A stretch of DNA of 64,000 nucleotides from Betaproteobacteria bacterium (lineage in GTDB: Bacteria; Pseudomonadota; Gammaproteobacteria; Burkholderiales; Usitatibacteraceae). The stretch spans positions 459 to 64,458 of the forward strand of contig JAGRPO010000088.1 in the NCBI GenBank assembly GCA_019449455.1, in the 5' to 3' direction. Of this stretch, positions 41,365-52,088 are shown piece by piece; position 1 is the stretch's first letter; each line of letters opens with the position of its first letter. A model generated the notes under the pieces. It was given only the letters and a program-made list of their open reading frames with translations, was not told the origin of the DNA and did no database searches. Both the position numbers and the translations under genes were made by a program.

Positions 41365-44127
41365 TCAGTCCCAGGCCGGGGACAGGCACTTCGAGGTCCG
41401 GCGTGCCAGCACCGCCTGGAAATTCCGGACCGAGTCGCGCATGACCGGGGAGCGGCCGTCGTGGCAGGTGAGGCAGGCGCCCACGCGCAGGATCCGGCGC
41501 TGCTCCTCGACCGCGAAGGGCCGGGCGTCGTCGCGCGTCGAGACCATGCCGTCGCGCGCCCCGAGAAACGCAATCCATGCGTCGGCTGGAAGGCCATCGG
41601 CGGGCAGGCGGGGCGAGGAGGGCGTGAAGCGCCAGCGGCCCCCGGAGGGCGTCGGCCCGTAGCGCAGGTCGCCGCGGCCGTATCCGATCGCCACGGGATC
41701 GTTGTGGCAGGATTCGCAGGAGCGCGCCTCGCGCCGCGTGGTGTGCGGCTCGATGGGCGCGTAGAGCCTGCGGAACACCGTGCCCGCCGGGCGCCCGGGC
41801 TGTGCCGGCCGGTCGACGGTCAGGATCATGCCGGGCACGAACGTTTCGACCATGTCCCGGCCCGCACCGCCAGGCGATTGGCGACGCGCGACGCCGAGGG
41901 TCGGAAGGTCCGCGACGAACGGCCCGGACTTCTCGACCCATTCGCCGCGGACCTCGGCGCCGTCGATCCAGTCCCAGGCCGTTCCCGCCGCGTCGAACGA
42001 CGTGTGGCACGTGGAGCAACGCGGAGCCCATGCGGAGTGACAACTGCCGCACGAGAGACGCGCGTGTCCCCGGCCCTCCACGCAGACGCGGGCCGTGGGC
42101 TTGAGCGCGAGCCGTTCGCCGGTGCGCTTGCGCACCATGGCGGGCCGCCCCTCGGGATCGATCACGACGTTGACCAGCGCGTCGCCCTTCGCTGTCCGTC
42201 CGTGGCGGCTTGCGGCGGGCCCGGGCCAGGCGCGGATCGCAAGGATGCGCCGCGACTCGGGGTCGAGGGCGGACGAAGGCAACGTGGGCAGGCTCGCGCC
42301 CGCCGGCGCATGGCAGTCCGCGCAGGCGACCCTGAGCTGCCCGCTCTTGGTCGCGTGCGCCACGCCGTCTCCCATGACCTCGGCCGACGTGTGGCAGTCG
42401 ATGCAGTCGAGGCCGCGCTGGTGGTGGATGTCGGGGGTCACGCGCTCGAACACGCGGTCGCCCTCGACGACCCGATATCCCGCCGACAGCGGCCGCGCCG
42501 GGTCCGCCGCCTGCGCGGGCGGCTCGTTCATCTCGTGCCAGCCCTCGTAGCTCGTCGCGATGCGGCCGGATCGGCTGTGGCAACCGAAGCACTGGCCGTT
42601 TCCGATGTCGAGCGAGAGAGCCGGGTGCACCGTCGGCGCATCGGGCGTTCCGCCTTCCTTCTGGCGCTGGTAGCGGCGCAGCGCTTCGAGCGCCGCCGGG
42701 CCGTAGACGAGGTGGCAGGCATTGCAGCCGCCGCCCCTCGTGCCCTCGTCGTTCGGGCCGAGCGTCTCCTTCGCCGCGCCGAGATGGCACAACGCGCAAA
42801 GCTGGCGCAGGTGCGTGTCCGCCGCCGATCGGCCGAGCTGGCGGACATGGACGGGGGCGCGCGCGTCCCCGGGGGCCTCCTCCCCGAAGACCTTCCGGTC
42901 GACTCGCACGATCCCGCTCATGGTGGCCATGACCGACCGCTCGACCCTCGCGACGACGGATGCATGGCACGAGCTCTGGCCGCATCGGCCCTGTGCGGTC
43001 GCCATGTTGCCCGGTATCACGTCCATGCCGGCGTGCGCCCTTGCCTTGTCGAGAGTCAGCCCATCGCCGCCGTGGCACGACATGCAGCCGATGGCTTCCG
43101 GCCGGTGCGAATTGCCCAGGCCCGTGACGCCGCGATGGCACGCGAGGCACCCCTCGGGCCGGCCCATCGCGACGGGAAGCGGCACGGGCACTTCCGGCGT
43201 TGCCGCGAAGACGAAACCGGCGCGCGGATTGCCGGCCCCGGCCGGCCACCCCGGCGAGAACGCCCAGTTCTCTCCGCGCGCGAACGCCCCGACCGCGCAC
43301 AGGCCCGCATAGATCACCGCGACGGCGAGCAACGCGACCTTCGTCCCCGCCGCCCGGGCCGGCCGGATCTCGCGCACGGCGTAGAGGGCGCCCACGGCGA
43401 CGACCCCGCCCAGCACGACCGCGAGCGGCCACGCGGTCCAGTGCAGGATCTCCTGCAAGCCGAGGAAATACCACGGCCCCTTGAGAACGGGATCCCGACC
43501 GTCGTGCAGGCCCGGCGACAGGAAGAGCGAAAGGACGCCGGTGCACAGCGTGACGGCCACGAGCGCCGCCGTGCGCGGCCATACCCGTCGCGCGTGCTCG
43601 ATGACGAACAGCCAGACGACGATCGTCGCCGTCGCGGCATGCTGCACGTAGATCAACTCGAGCCGCTCGGCCGCTCCGAACAACAGCGTCGCCAGCAGCG
43701 GGCCGAGGAGCGGCACCTGGGTCGTCGCTTCGGTCACGATGCGAAGCGCCTGGCGGGCGTCCGCATCGCCGCGGAGCAGGAACCCCGACAGCATGATGAA
43801 GGCGAGGAGCGGCAGGGTCAGCGCGAGGCGAAGCCAGATGCCGCGGGGCACGCGCCGCTCGACCGGCGCCCGCAGGCGGTCCCACACGTGCGCGAGGGTG
43901 AGCAACAGGCATGCCTGGGCGGCCAAGTAGTGCAGGTTGCGGTAAAAGACCGCCGCGGGATTTGCCAGGAGCATGGCGGCGATGGACCCGTACCCGTCGG
44001 CCGGGTCGTAGGGCACCGCGACCGCCACGCCCGACACGGCCGCGATGACGAAGGCCGCGGTGGCGAGATCGCCGAGGGTGCCCCACCGCGACATGACGAT
44101 GGAGGACGCCTGGCTACGAGGAGGCAC
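41365..44127 (-). CDS. Fusion protein: cytochrome b6/subunit IV-like membrane domain + multihaem (about 12 sites) cytochrome c
   Basis: ORF 41365..44127 (GTG start; alternative ATG at 44094). Cyt b: NLHYL-(13)-AHVW, VQHAAT-(14)-EHARR, GPWYFLGLQEILH. There are eleven CxxCH motifs (CLACH, CMSCH, CALCH, CNACH, CFGCH, CIDCH, CADCH, CGSCH, CSTCH, CESCH, CLTCH) plus one CGQSSCH. Confidence 0.85.
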   Translation of the reverse strand: MPPRSQASSIVMSRWGTLGDLATAAFVIAAVSGVAVAVPYDPADGYGSIAAMLLANPAAVFYRNLHYLAAQACLLLTLAHVWDRLRAPVERRVPRGIWLRLALTLPLLAFIMLSGFLLRGDADARQALRIVTEATTQVPLLGPLLATLLFGAAERLELIYVQHAATATIVVWLFVIEHARRVWPRTAALVAVTLCTGVLSLFLSPGLHDGRDPVLKGPWYFLGLQEILHWTAWPLAVVLGGVVAVGALYAVREIRPARAAGTKVALLAVAVIYAGLCAVGAFARGENWAFSPGWPAGAGNPRAGFVFAATPEVPVPLPVAMGRPEGCLACHRGVTGLGNSHRPEAIGCMSCHGGDGLTLDKARAHAGMDVIPGNMATAQGRCGQSSCHASVVARVERSVMATMSGIVRVDRKVFGEEAPGDARAPVHVRQLGRSAADTHLRQLCALCHLGAAKETLGPNDEGTRGGGCNACHLVYGPAALEALRRYQRQKEGGTPDAPTVHPALSLDIGNGQCFGCHSRSGRIATSYEGWHEMNEPPAQAADPARPLSAGYRVVEGDRVFERVTPDIHHQRGLDCIDCHTSAEVMGDGVAHATKSGQLRVACADCHAPAGASLPTLPSSALDPESRRILAIRAWPGPAASRHGRTAKGDALVNVVIDPEGRPAMVRKRTGERLALKPTARVCVEGRGHARLSCGSCHSAWAPRCSTCHTSFDAAGTAWDWIDGAEVRGEWVEKSGPFVADLPTLGVARRQSPGGAGRDMVETFVPGMILTVDRPAQPGRPAGTVFRRLYAPIEPHTTRREARSCESCHNDPVAIGYGRGDLRYGPTPSGGRWRFTPSSPRLPADGLPADAWIAFLGARDGMVSTRDDARPFAVEEQRRILRVGACLTCHDGRSPVMRDSVRNFQAVLARRTSKCLSPAWD

Positions 44128-44533
44128 GGGCGATCCATCCTCCGGAAGCCGGGTCGGGCTCGATGCGCATCGGTGCGAGCGATCGCGTCGCCGGGCCGGC
44201 GGCGACGCTGCCGTCGGCGCGATAGCGCGACCCGTGGCATGGGCAGACCACTTCGTCGCCGACCACGCGCTCGATCCGGCAGCCGAGGTGGGTGCAGCGC
44301 CCCGAAAACGCGCGCGGGGCCCCGTCGCCGCCCCGGTAGACGATCGCGCCGTCGATGATGGAGAGCCCCATGGCGGCGTCGGCCGGGATGGACACCGCGC
44401 CGGGAGGCCGGCGGGACTGCTCGCGCCGAAGCAGGGACACGAGCAAGCCGGCGAGCGGGAGGCCGGCCACGATCGCGAGGGCCCGCCTGAAAAACCTTCG
44501 CCGAGACGCCGAGTTCGCGAGCCGGAAGCTCAT
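44114..44533 (-). CDS. Rieske [2Fe-2S] protein, Tat-exported
   Basis: ATG at 44533 within ORF 44114..45619. Tat signal SRRRFFRRALAIVAGL. CTHLGC ... CPCHGS boxes. Confidence 0.88.
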   Translation of the reverse strand: MSFRLANSASRRRFFRRALAIVAGLPLAGLLVSLLRREQSRRPPGAVSIPADAAMGLSIIDGAIVYRGGDGAPRAFSGRCTHLGCRIERVVGDEVVCPCHGSRYRADGSVAAGPATRSLAPMRIEPDPASGGWIARASS

Positions 44534-44722
44534 GGAATGCCTGACCACCACGCGGGCCCGGGGCGGACCAGCCGGTATTCTACGCCGGCGTCGCGCGGGG
44601 ACCGGCGATGGCCGGGCACGATGCAGCGCAGCAATGCGCGTGCCCTCGGTCGCGTGCCATACTGCGCCGGTCAAGCCCCGGATCGACACGGGGCGACATC
44701 CCGAAACCCGGAGGAGACCATC

Positions 44723-45661
44723 ATGAACCGCAGGATTTCCCTTGCGATGGCTGTTGCCGCAGCCCTCGCCGCCGGCGCCGCGCAGGCGCAAACGATCCGC
44801 CTGATGACCGGCCCGCAGGGCGGCGTCTGGGTGCCGCTTGGCGGGTCCCTCAAGAACATGTGGGAGAAGGCCATCCCCGGCCTGCAGGTGCAGACGATGC
44901 CCGGCGCCGGCATCGCCAACGTGCGCGGCGTGGACGAGGGCAAGGCCGACGTGGGCTTCGGCAACAGCATCACGTCCGTGGACGGCGTGGCCGGGCGCGC
45001 CCCGTTCCCGCACAAGGTGACGAAGGCCTGCCAGCTGGCGAACCTCTATCCCCAGTACTTCCAGGTGGTGGCGCTCGCGGCGAGCGGCATCAACGGCATC
45101 GCGGATCTCAAGGGCAAGAGCATCGCCGTGCAGCCGAAGGGCAACACGGCCGAGCTCATCTCGCAGCAGATCCTGCAGGCGGTGGGCCTGAGCTACCAGA
45201 GCGCCAAGGTGAGCTTCGTGAACAGCTACACGGATGCCGCGGCGCTGCTCAAGGACGGCCACGCGCAGGTCTTCACGCTGGGCACGACCATTCCCGCCTC
45301 CTCGATCATGGACGTGGCGGCCGGGCGCGACATCAAGATGGTGCCCGTGACCGACGAGATCGTCGCCGCGATGCGCAAGATGAACCCCGGCTACACCAAG
45401 GGCGCGATCAAGGCCGGCACCTACCCGAAGCAGGACAACGACGTGCCCGCGATCGTCTACTCGGCCCACCTCGTCGTCTCGTGCAGCCTGCCCGAGCAGA
45501 CCGTGTACCAGATGACGAAGGCGATGGCCGCCAACGTGGCCGACATGGCCGCGATCAACAAGGCGATGGCCTCGCTCACGCCGAAGATGATGGCCGAGGA
45601 CATCGGCGTGCCGTTCCACCCCGGCGCGGTGAAGTTCTACAAGGAAGTGGGGGCGATGTAG
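44723..45661 (+). CDS. TAXI-family TRAP transporter solute-binding protein
   Basis: ATG at 44723 follows GGAGGAG. It has a signal peptide, and TGPQGGVWVPLGG...NVRGVDEGKADVGFGN...HPGAVKFYKE is typical of TAXI receptors. Confidence 0.88.
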   Translation: MNRRISLAMAVAAALAAGAAQAQTIRLMTGPQGGVWVPLGGSLKNMWEKAIPGLQVQTMPGAGIANVRGVDEGKADVGFGNSITSVDGVAGRAPFPHKVTKACQLANLYPQYFQVVALAASGINGIADLKGKSIAVQPKGNTAELISQQILQAVGLSYQSAKVSFVNSYTDAAALLKDGHAQVFTLGTTIPASSIMDVAAGRDIKMVPVTDEIVAAMRKMNPGYTKGAIKAGTYPKQDNDVPAIVYSAHLVVSCSLPEQTVYQMTKAMAANVADMAAINKAMASLTPKMMAEDIGVPFHPGAVKFYKEVGAM

Positions 45662-45686
45662 GGCCGGCCGCGCGAGCCGGGGAGCG

Positions 45687-47540
45687 GTGACTGTGGAGAA
45701 GGCGCTTCGCTGGACGACGGGCGGCGTCGCGATCGCGATGTCGCTCTACCACATGTGGTTCGCCGCCATGCCGCCGCCGGAGGCGATGATCTTCCGCGGC
45801 ACGCACCTGCTCTTCGCGCTCGTCCTCGTCTTCCTGCTCGTCCCCGCCGGGGGCCGCGACGGCCCCCGGCGCCTCCTCTGGCTCGATCTCGCCCTCATCG
45901 CCGCGGCGGCGGCGGCGATCGGCTACATCTTCGCGAACTACCAGTACATCGTTAACCGCATCATCTACATCGACGACCTCGGCGCCTGGGACAAGGCGAT
46001 GGCGGTCGTCACGGTCCTCGTCGTCCTCGACGCCTCCCGGCGCGTGATCGGCTGGGCCCTGCCCGCGACCGCGCTCGTGTTCCTCGGTTACGCGGTGTTC
46101 TACTCGGGCATCAAGATGCAGGTGCTGCTGGAGCAGATGTACCTCTCCACCGACGGCATCTTCGGCTCCACGCTGGGCGTTTCCGCCTCCTACGTGATCG
46201 TCTTCGTGCTCTTCGGCGCGTTCATGGAGCGAAGCGGCACGGGGCGCCTCTTCATGGACTTCGCGCTCTCGCTCACCGGCGCCCAGGCCGGCGGGCCGGG
46301 CAAGGTCGCCATCGTGAGCTCGAGCCTCTTCGGCACGATCTCCGGCAGCGCCGTCGCCAACGTGATGGTCGACGGCCCCATCACCATCCCGCTCATGAAG
46401 AAGACCGGCTTCCGGCCGCCGTTCGCCGCGGCGGTGGAGGCGAGCGCCTCGACGGGCGGCCAGATCATGCCCCCGATCATGGGCGCGGCCGCCTTCGTCA
46501 TGGCCGAGTACCTCGCGGTGAGCTACTTCCAGGTCACCGTCTGGGCGTGGATCCCGGCGATGCTCTTCTACGTTGCGCTCTTCTTCGCGGTCCACTTCGA
46601 GGCCAAGCGCGTGGGCCTGGTGGGCGTGCCGCGGGCTGACCTGCCGCGGCTCGGCACCGTCATGCGCGAGCGCGGCCACCTCTTCATTCCCATCTTCATC
46701 GTGCTGGGCGGGATGGCGATGTCCTACAGCGCGCCGCTGTGCGCCCTGGCGGGCACCATCGCGACGCTTCCCGTCGCGCTGCTGCGCCGAAGCACGCGGG
46801 AGGGGATCTCGTGGCGCACGGTCGTCGAGGCGCTGGAGGGCGGCGCCCGCGACGCGCTCGCGGTGGCGATGGCCTGCGCCTGCGCCGGCATCGTGATCGG
46901 CGTGATCTCGCTCACGGGGCTGGGCATCACCTTCACGCAGATCGTGATCGCGCTGGCCCAGAACAGCCTCATCCTGGCTCTCGTCCTCACGGCGATGGCC
47001 GGGATCGTCCTCGGCATGGGCATGCCCACGACGCCGGCCTATATCGTCATGGTGTCGCTCCTGGTGCCGGCCCTCATCAAGCTCGGCGTCGCCACCCCGG
47101 CCGCGCACATGTTCGCGTTCTACTTCGCGGTCCTCTCGGCGATCACGCCGCCGGTGGCGCTCGCGGTCTTCGCCGCCGCCGCGCTCGCCAAGGCGAACAT
47201 GTGGCGCGCCGGCCTCGAGTCGGTGCGCATCGCGGCCGCGGGCTTCATCGTGCCCTTCATGTTCGTCTACGAGCCGGCCCTGCTCGCCATCGGCGACTGG
47301 GGGGACATCGCGCTCGCGGCGGCCACGGCGACGGTGGGCGTGATGGCGCTCGCGGCCTCGCTGTACGGCTACCTGCTTGCCCCGCTCGCCCTCTGGCAGC
47401 GCGTGGCCCTCGGCGCGGCGGCGTTCCTGCTCATCAAGCCGGGCGTCGTCACCGACGTCATGGGGCTCGGCATTCTAGGACTGGTGGCGGCCTTGCAGTG
47501 GGCCGCGTCCCGGCGCCGGCCCGTCGCCGACCACGCCTGA
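45687..47540 (+). CDS. TRAP transporter fused 4TM/12TM permease (TAXI type)
   Basis: ORF 45687..47540 with a GTG start. It is a large polytopic protein directly downstream of the TAXI receptor. ...SSSLFGTISGSAVANV...TGGQIMPPIMGAAAF... Confidence 0.88.
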   Translation: MTVEKALRWTTGGVAIAMSLYHMWFAAMPPPEAMIFRGTHLLFALVLVFLLVPAGGRDGPRRLLWLDLALIAAAAAAIGYIFANYQYIVNRIIYIDDLGAWDKAMAVVTVLVVLDASRRVIGWALPATALVFLGYAVFYSGIKMQVLLEQMYLSTDGIFGSTLGVSASYVIVFVLFGAFMERSGTGRLFMDFALSLTGAQAGGPGKVAIVSSSLFGTISGSAVANVMVDGPITIPLMKKTGFRPPFAAAVEASASTGGQIMPPIMGAAAFVMAEYLAVSYFQVTVWAWIPAMLFYVALFFAVHFEAKRVGLVGVPRADLPRLGTVMRERGHLFIPIFIVLGGMAMSYSAPLCALAGTIATLPVALLRRSTREGISWRTVVEALEGGARDALAVAMACACAGIVIGVISLTGLGITFTQIVIALAQNSLILALVLTAMAGIVLGMGMPTTPAYIVMVSLLVPALIKLGVATPAAHMFAFYFAVLSAITPPVALAVFAAAALAKANMWRAGLESVRIAAAGFIVPFMFVYEPALLAIGDWGDIALAAATATVGVMALAASLYGYLLAPLALWQRVALGAAAFLLIKPGVVTDVMGLGILGLVAALQWAASRRRPVADHA

Positions 47541-47571
47541 ACCGGCCGCGCGGGGGCGTCGCCGGAACCGG

Positions 47572-49278
47572 CTACTTGGACCCGGGGGCCAGGTCGCCCT
47601 TCGAGAAGGCGCCCGTCGTTTCGCCCGCCACCGAGCCCGAGCGCAGGCGGCTCTTGCGCAGCTGCCCAGCCTGCTCGAGGATGGGGTAGGCGGTCGAGCA
47701 GAAGAACGAGTTGATGCGGCGCATGTCGCTGATGATGTCCAGGTGCAGCGAGCTGGTCTCGATGGACTGCACGGACTGGTCGGACAGGCGGTCGAGGTGC
47801 TGGGCCGCGTAGGAGCGCTCGAGGTCGCGGAACTTCTCCTTCTCCGCGAGCAGCATCTGGGCGGTCTTCACGTCGCCGGTGAGGAAGACCGAAAGCCCCA
47901 GGCGCAGGTTCGCGACGAGCTTGGCGTGCAGGTCGCAGAGCTCCTTCATCCCGGCATCCGAGAACGAGAGCTTGTGGGCGATCTTCTTGTCCTTGATGTC
48001 CTGGAGGATGCGCTCGATCACGTCGCCCACGTGCTCCAGGTTGATCGTGAGCGAGATGATCTCGGCCCAGCGGCGGCCGTCCTTCTCGTCGAGCGCCTCG
48101 CGGCTGATCTGCGTGAGGTAGAGCTTCACCGCGGTGTAGAGGCGGTCCACGTCGTCGTCCAGGCGGATGAGCTCCTCGACGCGCTTGTCGTCGTTGGTGC
48201 GCAGCACCTCGATCAGGCCGTTGAGCATCTGCTCGATGGTGTCGCCGATGCGAAGCGTCTCGCGCGCGGCGTTGGCGAGCGCCAGGGTCGGGGTCTCCAG
48301 CGCCAGGCTGTCCAGGTGGCGCGGCTCGGCCACCTGCACGCCGCCGGCGCCGCTCGCCACCGGGAACCACTTCTCGACGAGGCGCGCGATGGCGTCGGTG
48401 AGGAAGATGAAGCCCAGCGCGAGCGCCACGTTGAAGGCCACGTGGAAGTGAAGCACCTGCCGGCGCGGGTCCGGGTCCAGCTGCGCGATGCCCTGCATGA
48501 CCAGCGGCAGCGCCAGGGAGAAGACGACGCAGCCGGCGAGCTTGAAGGAGAGATTGCCCAGCGCCACGCGCCGCCCGGCCCCGGGCGTGCCCAGGGTCGC
48601 CACCAGCCCGATGAGGCCGCTGCCAAGGTTGGCGCCCAGCACCAGGCACATCGCCACCGGGACGGAGATCACGTGCGCGGCCGCGAGGGTGGCCGTGAGC
48701 AGCACCACCGCGAGGCTCGACCACGAGAACACGGTGAAGACGGCCCCGATCAGCATGTCGAGCATCGGGTCGCCGGAAAGGGAGCCGAAGAGCACCTTGG
48801 TGCCCGCGGAGGCGACGATGGGCCGGGTCGCCTCCTGGGTGAGCTGCAGCGCGAGGATGATGAGGCCCAGCCCGATGGACACCCGGCCCAGCTGCCCGGC
48901 CCTGGTGTTCTTGCGCGACAGGAAGAAGATCACCCCGAAGAAGATCGCGAGCGGCGAGAGCCATGACAGGTCGAGCGAGAACACCTGCGCCATGAGCGCG
49001 GTGCCCACGTCGGCGCCCAGCATGATGGCGAGCGCGGGGGCGAGCGCGATGAGGTTCTGGGAGACGAAGGAGCTGGTGATGAGCGCCGTGGCGCTCGACG
49101 ACTGCACGAGGCCGGTGACGCCCAGCCCCGCCATGAAGGCCGATCCGCGATTCGTGACGCTCTTCGACAGGACGCGGCGCAGGCTCGCGCCGTAGACGCG
49201 CAGGATCCCCGTGCGGACGATGTGCGTGCCCCACACGAGGAGCGCCACGCTGGCGAAAAGGTTGAGGAGCGTCTGCAC
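47572..49278 (-). CDS. Na/Pi cotransporter family protein with a C-terminal PhoU-like domain (YjbB/NptA-like)
   Basis: GTG at 49278 within ORF 47572..49458. VQTLLNLFASVALLVWGTHIVRTGILRVYGASLRRVL aligns with the E. coli YjbB N-terminus. QSSSAT repeat motif. Confidence 0.85.
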   Translation of the reverse strand: MQTLLNLFASVALLVWGTHIVRTGILRVYGASLRRVLSKSVTNRGSAFMAGLGVTGLVQSSSATALITSSFVSQNLIALAPALAIMLGADVGTALMAQVFSLDLSWLSPLAIFFGVIFFLSRKNTRAGQLGRVSIGLGLIILALQLTQEATRPIVASAGTKVLFGSLSGDPMLDMLIGAVFTVFSWSSLAVVLLTATLAAAHVISVPVAMCLVLGANLGSGLIGLVATLGTPGAGRRVALGNLSFKLAGCVVFSLALPLVMQGIAQLDPDPRRQVLHFHVAFNVALALGFIFLTDAIARLVEKWFPVASGAGGVQVAEPRHLDSLALETPTLALANAARETLRIGDTIEQMLNGLIEVLRTNDDKRVEELIRLDDDVDRLYTAVKLYLTQISREALDEKDGRRWAEIISLTINLEHVGDVIERILQDIKDKKIAHKLSFSDAGMKELCDLHAKLVANLRLGLSVFLTGDVKTAQMLLAEKEKFRDLERSYAAQHLDRLSDQSVQSIETSSLHLDIISDMRRINSFFCSTAYPILEQAGQLRKSRLRSGSVAGETTGAFSKGDLAPGSK

Positions 49279-49475
49279 TGCGGTCGATCGAGACTCCCGC
49301 GGCACTCGTGCCGCCGGGGGAAAGGTCACCTCGCTTTGGCTGGCCGCAAGGGGCCCGCAAGCGGCGATTATGACAGTTTCGTGTCGGGCGCGGCGCGAGC
49401 GGATGGCCGCGCCGGCGCGAGGGCGACGATAATGGGCGGCGCCCCGCGTCCGGGGCACTTTCGAAGGGAGACGGC

Positions 49476-50594
<1,119 letters not shown>

Positions 50595-50598
50595 AGCG

Positions 50599-51129
50599 AT
50601 GACCTCGCACCTCGCCGACCTGCCTGCCTCCGCGTGGGTCGCCCGCTGGACCGGACTCATTCGCCCGGGCGGGGAGGTGCTCGACCTCGCCTGCGGGTCG
50701 GGGCGCCACGCGCGCTACCTCGCGGCTCACGGCTTCGAGGTCACCGCCGTCGACCGCGATCCGGGGCTCTTCCCCGACCCGCCGGCCGGGGTGACGCTCG
50801 TGGGGGCGGACCTCGAGGCGGGGCCGTGGCCCTTCGCGGACCGGCGCTTCGACGCGGTCGTCGTGGCCAACTACCTGCACCGGCCGCTGTTTCCGCTCCT
50901 CCTGGAATCCCTGGAGCCCGGCGGTGTCCTGGTCTACGAGACATTCGCCCGCGGCAACGAGCGTTTCGGCAAGCCCTCGAATCCGGACTTCCTGCTGGCC
51001 CCCGGCGAGCTCCTCGAGGCGGTGCGCGGCAGGCTCCGCGTGGTGGCCTACGAGGACCTCGTGGTCACCGCGCCGCGCCCGGCCGCGATCCAGCGGCTCT
51101 GCGCCCGGCGCGAGGATCCTGCCATCTAG
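50599..51129 (+). CDS. Class I SAM-dependent methyltransferase
   Basis: ATG at 50599 within ORF 50557..51129. [16 protein letters not shown] (motif I) and GGVLVYETF. Confidence 0.8.
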   Translation: MTSHLADLPASAWVARWTGLIRPGGEVLDLACGSGRHARYLAAHGFEVTAVDRDPGLFPDPPAGVTLVGADLEAGPWPFADRRFDAVVVANYLHRPLFPLLLESLEPGGVLVYETFARGNERFGKPSNPDFLLAPGELLEAVRGRLRVVAYEDLVVTAPRPAAIQRLCARREDPAI

Positions 51130-51195
51130 GGGGACGATGCGAGGGGGGAATGCGGTAAAATCTCGGTCTTTCGACCGCCCCACGGCCCCGCAACC

Positions 51196-52074
51196 ATGCT
51201 CACCGGCAGCCTAGTCGCAATCGTCACGCCCATGCAGGCGGACGGAGCGCTCGACATTCCCGGCTTCAAGGCTCTCCTCGACTGGCACATCGCCGAAGGC
51301 ACCGACGGCATCGTCGTGGTCGGCACGACGGGCGAGTCGCCCACGGTGGACGTGGACGAGCACTGCCTGCTCATCAGGACGGCCGTGGAGCACTGCAAGG
51401 GCCGCATCCCGATCATCGCGGGCACGGGCGGCAACTCCACGCGCGAGGCGATCGAGCTCACGAAATTCGCCAGGGACGTCGGCGCGAACTATTCGCTCTC
51501 GGTGGTGCCGTACTACAACAAGCCTTCGCAGGAAGGGTTGTACCGGCATTTCAAGGCCATCGCGGAGGCGGTGGACATCCCGATGATCCTCTACAACGTC
51601 CCCGGGCGGACGGTCGCGGACATGGCCACCGACACGACGCTGCGGCTCGCGCAGGTGCCGGGAATCGTGGGCATCAAGGACGCCACCGCCAACCTCGACC
51701 GCGGCGCGGACCTGCTGCGCCGCAAGCCCGCGCAGTTCGCCGTGTACTCCGGCGACGACGCCACGGCGCTGCCCTACATCCTGCTCGGCGCCCACGGCGA
51801 CATCTCCGTCACCGCCAACGTGGCGCCGCGCGCCATGCACGAGATGTGCGCGGCCGCGCTCGCCGGGGACGCAGGGAAGGCCATTGCCCTCAACCAGCGC
51901 CTCATGGGGCTGCACCAGAAGCTCTTCGTCGAGGCCAATCCCATCCCCGTGAAATGGGCGCTGGCGCGCATGGGGCGCATCGGCGAGGGAATCCGCCTGC
52001 CGCTCACGCCGCTCGCGCCCGCCTTCCACGAAACCGTCACCGGGGCGCTCCGCGAAGCGGGCTGCCTCTCCTGA
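51196..52074 (+). CDS. dapA: 4-hydroxy-tetrahydrodipicolinate synthase
   Basis: ORF 51196..52074. [10 protein letters not shown]...[13 protein letters not shown]...[13 protein letters not shown]...ILYNVPGRT...GIKDAT. Confidence 0.95.
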   Translation: MLTGSLVAIVTPMQADGALDIPGFKALLDWHIAEGTDGIVVVGTTGESPTVDVDEHCLLIRTAVEHCKGRIPIIAGTGGNSTREAIELTKFARDVGANYSLSVVPYYNKPSQEGLYRHFKAIAEAVDIPMILYNVPGRTVADMATDTTLRLAQVPGIVGIKDATANLDRGADLLRRKPAQFAVYSGDDATALPYILLGAHGDISVTANVAPRAMHEMCAAALAGDAGKAIALNQRLMGLHQKLFVEANPIPVKWALARMGRIGEGIRLPLTPLAPAFHETVTGALREAGCLS

Positions 52075-52088
52075 ACCGGACCCAATCC

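Noticed and set aside
44534-44722. Crp/Fnr-type box or riboswitch in the Rieske / TAXI divergent region
   Set aside because: Only short GC-rich inverted repeats (e.g. GCGCA-N4-TGCGC) are present. There is no TTGA-N6-TCAA core and no conserved riboswitch-like structure that I can recognise.
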